Shown: positions 1 to 12,000 of the stretch, piece by piece
How the letters are laid out: every line of letters begins with the position of its first letter
Numbering within the stretch: the first letter of the stretch is position 1
DNA from: Mobula hypostoma
Lineage: Eukaryota
Reading direction: 5' to 3'
Assembly (NCBI RefSeq): GCF_963921235.1
Contig: NC_086101.1
Span: 4,528,001 to 4,592,000 of the forward strand
Length of the DNA: 64,000 nucleotides
The notes under the pieces: model-generated
The model's input: only the letters and a program-made list of their open reading frames with translations
Told to the model about the DNA's origin: nothing
Databases searched by the model: none
Position numbers and translations under genes: made by a program

Positions 1-428
1 TAAGTCCAGGACCAGCCTATTGGCTCAGGGTGTCTGACCCTCCAAGGGAGGAGTTGTAAAGTTTGATGGCCACAGGCAGGAATGACTTCCTATGACGCTC
101 TGTGTTGCATCTCGGTGGAATGAGTCTCTGGCTGAATGTACTCCTGTGCCCAACCAGTACATTATGTAGTGGATGGGAGACACTGACCAAGATGGCATGC
201 AACTTAGACAGCATCCTCTTTTCAGACACCACCGTGAGAGAGTCCAGTTCCATCCCCACAACATCACTGGCCTTACGAATGAGTTTGTTGATTCTGTTGG
301 TGTCTGCTACCCTCAGCCTGCTGCCCCAACACACAACAGCAAACATGATCGCACTGGCCACCACAGACTCGTAGAACATCCTCAGCATCATCCGGCAGAT
401 GTTAAAGGACCTCGGTCTCCTCAGGAAA
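1..428 (-). mobile_element. Rex1/Babar-type LINE 3' fragment
   Basis: C-terminal ORF sequence SFNIC..MLRMFYESVVASAIMFAVVCWG...HPLH...RHRKSFLPVAIKLYN; near-identical copy inside 47156-47835. Confidence 0.8.
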
Positions 429-989
429 TGTGGAGTGTGGAGGGAGGGGTGGGTGGGTGGAGGTGGTGATGCTTTTGGAAAGAACAGTAACTGTTTTTGA
501 GTCGGGCTGTACCTGTGACAATTAAACCTCACTCTGAATACACACGTGCATTGAAACTGGGAAACACACAGTGAAAGGCATTGTTTGAGTCGGCGACCAA
601 CACAGTCCGAGGATGTGCCGGGGGACAGCCGGCCAATGTCACTGTGTTTCCGGCGCCAGCCTGGCATGGCCGCGGATCACTAACCTGATGGGAGAGACAG
701 TGCAAGGAGATCACAGCACCGGAGGAAACCCACACAGTCACAGGGAGAACACACAAGCTTGTTACAGAGGGTGGTGGTTAATGAACTCTGATAGCTGGGG
801 CTGGAAAGCATCGTACTAACCACTACGCTACCAGGCTGCCTGGTAGTCCCCCCTCCCCAGCCTCTGTTGGAGCAGTGTGGCACCCTCCAGTGTCAGACCC
901 ACTGCCCCTTGTCAGATAGACATTCAGATCGAGATTTATCTGTCACTTGTACATTGAAACGAGCAGTGAAATGCATCGTTTGCCAACAT

Positions 990-1460
990 ACTAGACATTG
1001 TCCTAGCGTCTGAGTCTGCTGAGCAAGTGGTGCTGCTGAGCTGACAGTCCCATGGGAAGATAGCTTGGAAGAGGCTTTTGAAAGGAAGCTCTCCAAGTAC
1101 GCAGGACTGGTCAGCAACTGTCAGCAGGCTGGATGGAGAGCAAGGTGTCTCCCAGTGGAGGTTGGTTGTAGGGGATTCGTAGCCCATTCCTTAGTTAGAG
1201 CCTTCAGCATTTTGGGCATCGAGGGAGAGAGGAAGAGGAGAGCCATCCGCAGTACCACCGATGCGGCAGAGAGGGCCTCAAGATGGCTGTGGCTCAAAAG
1301 AGGGGAACAATGGAGTCATAAGTAGCTAGCCATCTGGACACAAGCTGGGGTCTGATCAGCCCCGGCTGGGTCACCTGGAGGAGGTTGTATGATGTTGAAA
1401 GTCCCGAAACACCTGATGATTCCAGGAACCTCACTGAAGATGTGTCCAGAAGCATCAGTA
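990..1460 (+). mobile_element. 5'-truncated R2-superfamily (HERO/NeSL-like) non-LTR retrotransposon, restriction-like endonuclease end
   Basis: DIVL.SES..QVVL(frameshift)ELTVPWEDSLEEAFERKLSKY...GW.A...PVEVGCRGF...AERASRWLW, followed by a short 3' UTR. Confidence 0.7.
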
Positions 1461-2157
1461 GATGTATGTACACAGCTGGCCATGATGTCGAACACTGAAA
1501 TGCATCATTTGCATTAACAGCCTAGGGCCGTGCTGGGGGCAGCCCACAAGTGTTGCCACACCTCCGACACCAACACTACAATGTTCAGCAGAGCAACACA
1601 GACACAACAGCAACGAAACAAAACCAGCTACAAAATGACTCGGTAAATGTATTACCAAAGTACATAGTCACCCCCCAGATGCAAGCCTGAGATTCATTCA
1701 CCGTCAATCCAAGAAACACAACAGAATCAATGAAAACCACACTCAGTGGGATAGACAATCAATGTGCAAAAGACAACAAACTATGCAAATAAATAAATAA
1801 ATAAGCAGCCACAAAGTTAATACATTTCACGACATACCCCAGTAATATTGATCCTGATTCTGAATAAATATCAGGAACGTGAGATGAATAGTCCTTGAAA
1901 GTGAGTCCATAGTTTGTGGGAACGGTTCAGTGATGGGGCGAGTGGAGTTATCCCCTGTGATTCGAGAGCCCGATGGTTGAGGGGTAACAACTGTTCTCTG
2001 GGTGGCACAACGTGACCCAGGTTCAGTAAGTAGATTAAATGGTCATTGTAAGTTGTCCCATGATTAGGCTTGGATAAAAAATTGGGTGTTTGCTGGGCGG
2101 TGTGGCTTGAAGAGTCAGAAGGGCCTATTCCGGGCTGTATCCCAATAAATAAATTAA

Positions 2158-2745
2158 CCTGGGGGTGTGAGTCCTGAGGCTCTGATACCTCCTTCCTAAC
2201 GGCAGAAGAGAGACGAGAGCGTGGCCTGGTGGTGGTTTCCTGGTGGTTGAGGGGTAATAACTGTTCCTGACCCTGGTGGTGTGGGTCCTGAGGCTCCTGT
2301 ACCTCCTTCCTAACGGCAGAAGAGAGATGAGAGTGTGGCCTGGGTGGTGGCTCCTGATGGTTGAAGGGTAATAACTGTTCCTGACCCTGGTGGTGTGGGT
2401 CCTGGGGCTCCTGTACCTCCTGCCTGATGGCAGCAGTGAGACGAGAACGTGTCCTGGTGGTGGTTTCCTGGTGGTTGAAGGTAATAACTGTTCCTGACCC
2501 TGGTGGTGTGGGTCTTGGGGCTCCTGTACCTCTTTGCTAATGGCAGCAGTGAGAAGAGAGCGTGTCCTGGGCGGTGGGGATCTCTGATGATGGATGCTGC
2601 TTTCCTACGACAGCATTCCCTGTAGATGTGCCCAATGGTGGGGAGGGCTTTACCTGTGATGGACTGGGCTGTGTCCACCACTTGTTGTTAGATTTCTGTT
2701 CTCGGGCTTTGGTGTTTGCATACCAGGCAACCAATCAATATACTT
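2158..2745 (-). mobile_element. Rex1-like LINE 3' fragment with a tandemly reiterated ~110-bp segment
   Basis: [53 protein letters not shown]; the segment around ATAACTGTTCCTGACCCTGGTGGTGTGGGTC is repeated 3-4 times. Confidence 0.7.
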
Positions 2746-2867
2746 ACGTTGGAAGCTGGTTGGGGCGCGGGACGGGGTGTGTTGTGTAGGAAGCTTTGGA
2801 GTGCATTGTGCCGTTGACTTTGCCTCTTCTCTCCCTCCTCCCGCTCTGCCTCCTGCTCCTCCCGCAG

Positions 2868-2980
2868 AGGCCTGGTCATTGCCATGCTCGTCAGTCTTCT
2901 CTTCCTGCTGCTCCTGAGATTCATCGCCGGCATTCTCATCTGGGTCATCATCTTCGGCCTGATCGGGGTCATTGCCTACG
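2868..2980 (+). CDS. SLC44A4: SLC44A4 internal exon ([37 protein letters not shown])
   Basis: Pyrimidine tract + CAG acceptor ending 2867; donor GTGCGT at 2981; two transmembrane segments. Confidence 0.93.
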
Positions 2981-3003
2981 GTGCGTGTGGCTTCCCCCTG
3001 CTC

Positions 3004-3035
<32 letters not shown>

Positions 3036-6000
3036 GGGGAGGGGGAGGCAACTGCGGCGAATTTCCGGGCTCTCTCGATGTGGAAAAGGAACAGCCGTGG
3101 GCTGAATGGCCCATGTCTTATGGTTTTATGTCACCCGTCCACAAGAGATTCTGCAGATGTTTCTTTTAAAGCTCCCAGTGATCTGAGAACGGAGTAGATC
3201 ACAGAATGCTTTTCGATTTATAATCCTGCTCGAGCTCTCAGGCCTCCTTCTGCTGCTCTCTTAACTCTTAAACAATCTCCCTCAGACAGGTGACAGGTGA
3301 GCTTTCTTGAACTACGCTCCGAAACTGTGGAATTCGATAAGGGATGCAGACTCAGTTGACACTTTTAAACACGAGCTCAAAACCTATTTATTTAACCTTG
3401 CTTTTAACTAACATCTTTTTGTCTTATTTTTATTTTATTTGCATGTTTGCACTTTAACCCCATTGTAAAGCAGTGTGAACTACATTGTCTCCATGAAAAT
3501 TTTACTTTATTGTCGCCAAACAATTGAGACTAGAGCGTACAATCATCACAGTGATATTTGATTCTGCTCTGTAAATAAGATATTATTATTTTATTTCTTT
3601 TTTCTCAGCTCAAGCTGGTAAACCTGGGGTACGGGCATAGTCAAACATACTCATTTGTCAACTTTTGGACAATCCTAGTGGTTTAGCGTTGTGGTGTTCT
3701 GGAGACTTACACAGATATTGCTGTGTAGCCCTAATCGTTTATTGATATTGTGCTGTGATTTGGTTGTCGATATTACAATTGGGACAATGTATACGCTGCT
3801 CATGTTCCAAACTCTTTCAATTTCCTCTTTTCATTCAGCCTATTACTGGTGTTTTTCACTTATTGATTTCTGTAGGTTGTATGTTATTATTTTGCAGACT
3901 CTCTCTACAATACAGAACATTACAACACAGTGGAGACCCACACAAAATGCTGGTGGAACGCAGCAGGCCAGGCAGCATCTCTGACATCCTCCCCTTGACT
4001 TTCCTTCAATCAGTTTAAAATTAAGCCCACTCTCATTAGTCACGGCCGCCCTGGGGGAAAGGTCTCTGGCTGCTCCTGTCACCTTGCGCGCCCCTATCAC
4101 GTCAGAGGTGTGGGATGAACCGGCAGCAGGAGTGGTAGTTGTCAGGTCAATTGTAGCATTTAGATGGGCGTGTGTATGAGAGGGGTATGGAGGATGATGG
4201 GCTGGGTGCAGGTAGCTGAGACAAGGCTGAAGACCAGGCTAGCATGGACTGGATGGGCCAAAGGTCCTGCTTCTGTGCTGTAGTATCCCAGCTGTCTGAA
4301 CCCACGTGGACTCTCCTCAAATGAGTTACGATTTCCGGAATACATTGTCGCCAGTTGCAGAATTCCAGACTCTGACATTCAGATTGATTGAACCAAACAG
4401 TGAAATGCATCTTCTGCATTCACAATCATCGCAACTGAAGGATGTACTGGGCAAGAGCCGGCGCACATTCCAGCCCCCAACGTAACAACACAAACACCTA
4501 CAACCTCAGAGAAACAAAACAAAAGTCAGTCCTGTTGAAGGGTCTCGGTCAGAAGTGTCGACTGTACTCTTTTCCGTAGCTGCTGCCTGACCTGCTGAGT
4601 ACCTCTAGCATTTTGTGTGTGTTGCTCTGGATTTCCGGTATCTGCAGAATCTCTTGTGTTTACAAAAGAGGCACTTTCCACCAGGATGCTCCAGGGTGGA
4701 GTCACTGTGGATCTGGGCTGTGGTCGGTGTTGGAGAGGGGGGGATTTGGGATGAGCGGGTACAGGGTATTGGGAGAGTCACAGCTTCCTCACCATCCTTT
4801 CTCCTTGCTCCAGGGATCTGGCACTGCTACTGGGAGTACGACACGCTCAACAAACAGGGCGCCAGCATCCATGACGTGGGCATCACCACCAACCTGGCTG
4901 TGTATGGCCAGGTGAAGGAGACCTGGCTGGCCGTCTGTGAGTGTCTGACAAACAGGGAGCCGGGGAGCTGGGAAAGGAAGGTGGGGGAGGGTTTGCGATG
5001 ATTTCACAGTGGGATGAATGCCAACATTTTGCTGGGACTCCTCAGTGATCCCGGGATTTTGCAAGACCTTTCGGCCCATCGAGTCTGCTCTGCCCTTCTA
5101 TTATTATCCCTCTCAACCCCATTCTCCTGCCTTCTCCCTGTAAGCTTTGACGTTCTTCACTAATCAACGTCTGCTTTAAATATCACCAATGGCTCAGCTT
5201 CCACAAGTGTCCCACACTTCCAGCCCACAGTGTGCTAACTCTTCCTGACCCATATCTCTTTTGGAATGTGGGAGGAAACCCACGTGGACATGGGGAGAAC
5301 AAACAGGCAATGGCAGGAATTGATCCCCCCAATTAATTAGATTAGATTATGAGGACACGCAGTCCTCTTTTATTGTCATTTAGTAATGCATGCATTAAGA
5401 AATGATACAATATTCCTCCAGAGTGATATCACAGAAACACAAGACAAACCAAGACTGAAAAACTGACAAAAAACACATAATTACAACATATAGTTACAAC
5501 AGTGCAAAGCAATGCCGTAATTTGATAAAGAGCAGACCATGGGCACGGTAAAAAAAAAGTCTCAAAGTCTCTGGAAAGTCCCATCATCTCAATTAATTTA
5601 CAGATACAGAATGGTAACAGGCCATTCGGCCCATCGAGCCCACGCTGCCCAATTAAGCCCATGTGACCAATTAACCTACTAACCCATACATCTTTGGAAT
5701 GTGGGAGGAAACTGTAGCACCCGGTGGGAAACCCATGCGCTCACAAGCAGGGTGTGTGAGCTCCTTCTAACCAGCGATAGGTTAGTGTTGGCGTAACCCT
5801 GCCAGCCCTCTCCCCAGGGTTTCTCTGGACCTGTGGGCGGTGTGGGTTCTCCTGGGGGAGGGGAGGGGAGGGGATAGTGATCTGCCTGATGCCAGGACCG
5901 TCCCGTTGCAGTGATCATCCTGGCTGTCCTGGAGGTCATCATTATTCTGTTGCTCATCTTCCTGAGGAAACGAATCTTGATCGGGATCGCACTCATCAAG

Positions 6001-9000
6001 GAGGCCAGCAGGTGGGTGGGACCGGCCGGCAGTGCGCGTGAATGCTCCCGTCGGGCGGGCGGGGTGACCGTGAGACTATAAGGCATAGGAGCAGAATTAG
6101 GCCATTCAGCCCATCGCGTCTGCTCCGCTATTCCATCCTGGCTGATCGCAGATCCGTCTCAACCTCACACACCTGCCTTCCCGCCATATCCTTTTAATGC
6201 CCTGACTGATCAACTTCCGCCTTAAATATACCCCTGGACTTGGCCTCTACCGCAAGTCCTCTTCCGGCGGGTGTAGGGTGAGAATGAAGTCAGCTGCGAT
6301 GGTGAGGGGCAACCGCTGTTGGGGTCGACATATTCCCCACTAAATCAACCTCACCCAAACTTTCCGTCTCCTTTACACAAGAGGGTCTGCAGATGCTGGG
6401 AATCCAGAGCAACACCTGTCAAATGCTGGAGGAACTCAGCAGGTCAGACAGGAGCTATGTAGTAGGCAGCCATCGATCCCGTGGGTTTGCGCTCCCGCTG
6501 CTCTGTGTCCTGTCCAGGGACAAGCCTGGGCGGGAAGGTTGTCACCCGAGCAGCAGGCTCCCCCTCCCCACGTCACTGAGGTAGTCCAAGGGAAGGGCAC
6601 GCGCCCATACAGCTTGGCACCAGGGGTTGCCAGAGTGAAGTTGAAAAGAACATCAAACTGCCTTGGGGACCCCAGCTCCAGATTTCTTCCTCAGGGTTTA
6701 CTCCCAAAGCCTTTCCCGTGGGAGGGTTTACCTGGAGGTTTAAAATCAGGGTTTCCATTCTCCTAGGCGGCTGCCATCCGAGCCTGACAAGCCCCACCTG
6801 CCTGAAGCAACTGGTTTCGAGGGGCCAGTGGTCCGCCTTTGCCCTTCTCTTGTCAGTAGAAACAGTTCCACCGGGCCGAGTAGCTAAGCCTCACGTGAAG
6901 GCCAAGAGTTGGACTTGTTGTCAGAGGCTGTTAGAGACGCACGCCATTTGGAGCACTTTATAGGTAGTGGGAGCTTGTCCTCACTACCACCCCCGGCTAT
7001 GACAACCTTAGGAACAGACAGAAACTTTGGAGGGGAATGAACGGTCAATGTTGGGCTGAGGCTCTTCGTCAAGACCGGAAAGGAAGGGGGAGGTTCCAGA
7101 ATAAGATGGAGGGTTGCAAGGGAGGGGAAGACTTGTACAGTCTGAGAGGTGATAGGTGAAGTGGTGTGAGGGGGAATGAGGGTGAGTGGGGAAGTAAGGA
7201 GGTGACGGGTGGAGGAAGGTAAACGGCGAGAGAAGAAGGAATCTGATTGGGAGAAGAGAGTGGACCATGGGAGAAAGGGAAGGAGGAGGGGAACAAGAGG
7301 AAGGAGATGGGCAGCTGAGGCAAAGAGAAGGGGTGAGAGGGGAACCAGAATGAGAAATATGATAACAGAGAAAAGGGAGGAGGAGAAGTTACCGAAAGCT
7401 GGACGGATTGATGTTCGTGTCATCAGGTTGGAGGCTACCCAGATGGAATATGGGAGCGGCCTCACTAGAGCAGCAGAGGCCATGTCGGAATGGAAATGGA
7501 AATGGGTGGCCGCCCGCCGGCAGATCTGACCTTTTGTGACGGGCAGAGCCAAAGTGCGCAGTGAAGCCGCCCCCCCCCCCCCCCAGTCTAGATCGGGTCC
7601 CAGCGGTATCGCACTGGGAGCAACAGGTACAGCTGATGGCCCTGACAGATTCACAGCTGAGGTGTCGCCTCACCCGGAAGGACGGCTTGGGCCCCTGAAT
7701 GGTGGTGAGGGAGGAGGGGTAGGGGCGGGTGTAGCACTTGTTCTGCTTGCAAGGATAAGTGCCAAGAGGGATATCAGTGGGGAGCTTTGAGTGGACAAGG
7801 GAGTCACGTGGGGAACGATCCCTGTGGAGAGCAGAAAGTTGGCGAAGGGAAAGGTGTGCTTGGCGGTGGGATCCTGTTGGACACGGCAGAAGTTACGGAG
7901 AATTATATGACTCCCCACTCACTCCCTCCCCCCTCACCTGTTCTCACCTGCCAGCTTGTACTCCTTCCACTCCCCATCTTAGTCTGGATCCTGGTCCTTC
8001 CTTTCCAGTCCTGATGGAGGGTCTTGGCCCGAACATCAGCTGTTTATTCCCCTCCATAGCTTCTCCCTGAGCTGCTGAGTTGCTCCAGCATTTTGTGTGT
8101 TGCTGTTTGAATGATCTTCCTGTGCAGTTTTCACCCTGCAGTTCCACACTTTCAATGGTGACCGCATACGGGAGGACTTCATCAGCCACGCTGCCCGAGG
8201 TCCCCTCACATCCCTGCGTGTGCATGTTTCTTGGCTACTGTTAGTTGTGACCGGCTGTTTCTCTCTCCAGGGCAGTGGGGTACATCATGTCTTCGCTGGC
8301 CTATCCCCTGGTTACGTTCATCCTCCTGGTGATCTGTGTGGCCTACTGGGGAATGACTGCATTGTATCCTTACCAGCCCTGGCTGTATTGCATTGCCGAT
8401 GAGTCCAAGTTTTTCCTTGTGCGTAAGACAGTAGAGTAGATGAGGCCATTCAGCCCATTGAGTCTGCTCTGCTGTTCCATCATGGCTGATTTATTATCCG
8501 TCTCAACCCTGTTCTCCTGCCTTCTCCCCATAACCTTTCTAATCAAGAACAAATCAACCTCCGCTTTCAATATACTCAATGACTTGGCCTCCACAGCCAT
8601 CTGAGGTAGTGAAATTCCACCTCAGTTCTGTTCTAAATGAACATCCCTCTATTCTCAGGCTGTGCCCTCTGGACCTAGACTCCCCACTATTGCAAATATC
8701 CTTTCCACATCCACTCTATCTAGGCCTTTCAATATTAGATCCATTTCTTTGAGGAGTCCTGCCTCCCATGTTTCCCCTGGACGAACAGGGGCCCAGAAGT
8801 CACCAGTTTCCTTCACAGGATGTCATGTCACCCTTGTTTCCCACTGGACACGTAGGGGTTACGGTGTCTGGGAGCACTGGTATTCATTAGCTTTGAGTGA
8901 GCTGCCTTCTCCAACTTCTTCAGAGCTTCTAGTGAGGTGTCTCTCCCCACCGGATATCTTGTGTCTTGTGTGTGGGGTGTCAGGCGGTGTCTCTCCCCAC

Positions 9001-12000
9001 GGGATCCCCACCCTCTGACCTGTGTTTCTGTGGCTGGTCCGGAAGGGTCTCTGACGGGGGATATTAACAGGGGAATTTGGCGATAGCCATGCCATTGAAT
9101 ATCAAGGATAGGTCACTAAATCCTGTTTAACACAGGCCCTTCAGCCCACAGTGAAGTGTCATCCTTTTAACTTTCTCAACCATCAAGTGAACCCTTCCTG
9201 CCTGCATAACCCTCCGTTTTTCTACCATCCATGCACCTAAGTGTTTCTTAAATGTCTCTCATGTGTCAACCACCGTCACTGGCAGGGAGTTCCATGCACC
9301 CATAACCCTCTGTGTAAACTGTATACTTCTGACATCCCCCTCCCCATACTTTCCATCACCTTAATTATGGCCCCCTGTATTAGCCATTTCTGCCCAGGGA
9401 AATAGTCTCTGACTGTCCATTTGATCAACTTGTACACTGTTATCCAGTTACCTCTCACCCTGCTTCATACTCTCTAATCCAGTCAGCATCCTGGTAAATC
9501 TCTGTACCCTCTCGAAAGCTTCCACATCCTTCCTATAATGAGACAACCAGAGTTGAACACAAACCTCCAAGTGTGGTCTAACCATGGTTTTTTGGAGCTG
9601 CAACCACACAGCTCTTGAACTCAATCCCCCGACTATTGAGGGTCGACACACTGTACACCTTCTTAACCAGCCTGTCAACTTGAACAGCAACTCTGAGGAC
9701 GTGGATCCCAAGATCCCTCTGTTCCTCCAATCTGGTTTTAAAAAAAACTTCCTGCTATTATCTCTGTACTCTGCCTTCAAGTTCGACCTTCCAAAGTGAT
9801 GAAGGGACCAGAAATAAACTGTTGGAGGTCAATAGAGATTGACATCAGGATGGCCTGAATGTTTCTTGTCCTTGATGTGCCTGAGTGCCTCAGGGAGCCA
9901 TCTCGGGGGACACACGATCGACAGTTTTACATCTGTAGTCTCAAACAGGCAAGGCTGGATTAAAGTACTCCCTCACCCAACCCCTACCCAGAGGTCCCCA
10001 GTGAACCAGATCCGGCTTTAGTTAATAACGTACCTCAAGTTCCATGGTCATCTTCGATTGCGAAGGACAAACAACAACCTCAATTCCACTGCCCCTGTGA
10101 TGGGAGTTCAAGCTCAAATTGGAGTTTAATTGTGATGAATACACATGGACACTGCCGAAAGAAACACTGATCCTCTGAAGCCAAGGTGCAAAAAAACAGA
10201 TCCAACAGTCACAGACAGGACAGGGCAGGGCATATATAACACAGCAGTAAACATACACAAAAAAGACTGATCTTCCCTGAGCATCATGTTGTGTAGACTG
10301 ATGGTGCTTGGACATAGTCGGAAAGAACAAGCACTGAGAAAAATGGATTTGAACTCAGTTCCTGAACATTAATCCAGACGTAGGTTCGAAGTTTCAAACT
10401 GATACCCATGTGGTTAAGGGTTCTTGTTAAGAGATACTGGGGTCGACTGGTGACAAACAATGATCATCATGAGACATAGGAACAGAATTAGGCCATTCGG
10501 CCCATTGAGTCTTCTCCACCATTCTATCATGGCTGAATTATTTTCAACCCTGTTCTCCCAGTAACCCTCCTCCCCCTGAGCAATCAAGAGCCTATCAATC
10601 TTAACTACACCAATGACTTGACCTCTCGAGCTGACCGTTATGTTTAGCAATGCCAAAACATGAAACTTATTGAGAGCAAAAATGCGGAGCCAGAAGTGTG
10701 TGTTTTAGTTTTGTTTTCACTTTAAGCAAGGCGCACGTGTTTAGCCTGGTAGCTTAATGGTGTATGCCATTGCCGTACTTTTACATATGTAAAAAAAAAC
10801 AAGGAATCCTTAATCAAACAATATATTTGCAAGATCACTCAAATATTACTGAAATATTAAATACACAGCAGTGACGAATTCTTCACCACCCATTGGCTGA
10901 AAAAACACCTCCTCTCTGCTCGATAGGAACGTCCCTGTATTCTCTGTGCTCTCTAGTCCTTGTCTCCCCCACAACAGGAAACTTTCTCTCCACCTCCACT
11001 CTATCAAATATTGAAAGGCCTGGTGGGTAGGTTTCTCTGAGGTCCCCCCCTCATTCTTCTAAACTCCTTCAAGTACTGGCCTAGAACCATCACACTTCCT
11101 TCATACATGCCTTTCTCATACGTTAAGCTTTTCACTCCTGGGATCCTTTTTACTGAACCTCCTCTTGACTCTCTTCCGAAAATATAGGGCCCAAAACTGA
11201 TGACAGTTAGATAAATAGATAAATGGATATTACAGTAGCATTACAAGTTCGCAGATGTACAATATTAGAAGAGAAGTAAGAAGAATGAATAAAAAATAAG
11301 TTACCTTAATCAGTCTAACAGGAGGGGGTCATCACTTCCCTGCCTAATGGCCGAGGGTAAGAATGACCTCATATAGCGCTCTTTGGAGCAGCTCAGTTAT
11401 CTTAGTCTGTTACTAAAATTGCTCCTCTGTTCAGCCAAGGTGACATGCAGAGGGTGAGAAACATTGTCCAGGATTGCCATGATTCAGCTTATACCATTTG
11501 ACAGAGTCCTCCACCAGGGCCCCGTGTTCATCCTCCTGTCCTCCCCTTATACACACAACGGTAGCTGAGAAATCAGAATTTCTGCAGAAGACATGACTCG
11601 GTGTTGTATCTAAAGTCTGAGGTGTGCAGGGTAAACAGGAAGGGAGACAATACAGTCCCCTGTGGGGCCCCAGTGCTGCTTATAGCCATGTCTGACACAC
11701 AGCCCTGAAGCCACACACACTGTGGTCTGCCAGTCAGGTCGTCCGTTATCCAGGATACAGTGGAAGTGTCAATCTGCATTGAATGGAGCTTTTCCCCAGC
11801 AATGAGGGCTGTATAGTATTGAATGCACTTGAGAAATCAAAAACCATGATCCTCACAGGGCTGCCCTGCTTATCCAAATGGGAGTAGACTGTTCAGCAGG
11901 TAGACGACAGCATCATTGACTCCAATGTGCTCTGGGTAAGCAAACTGCAGGGGATCGAGGGCTGATCTGACCAGGGGTTGGAGGTGAGTCAGGACCAGCC

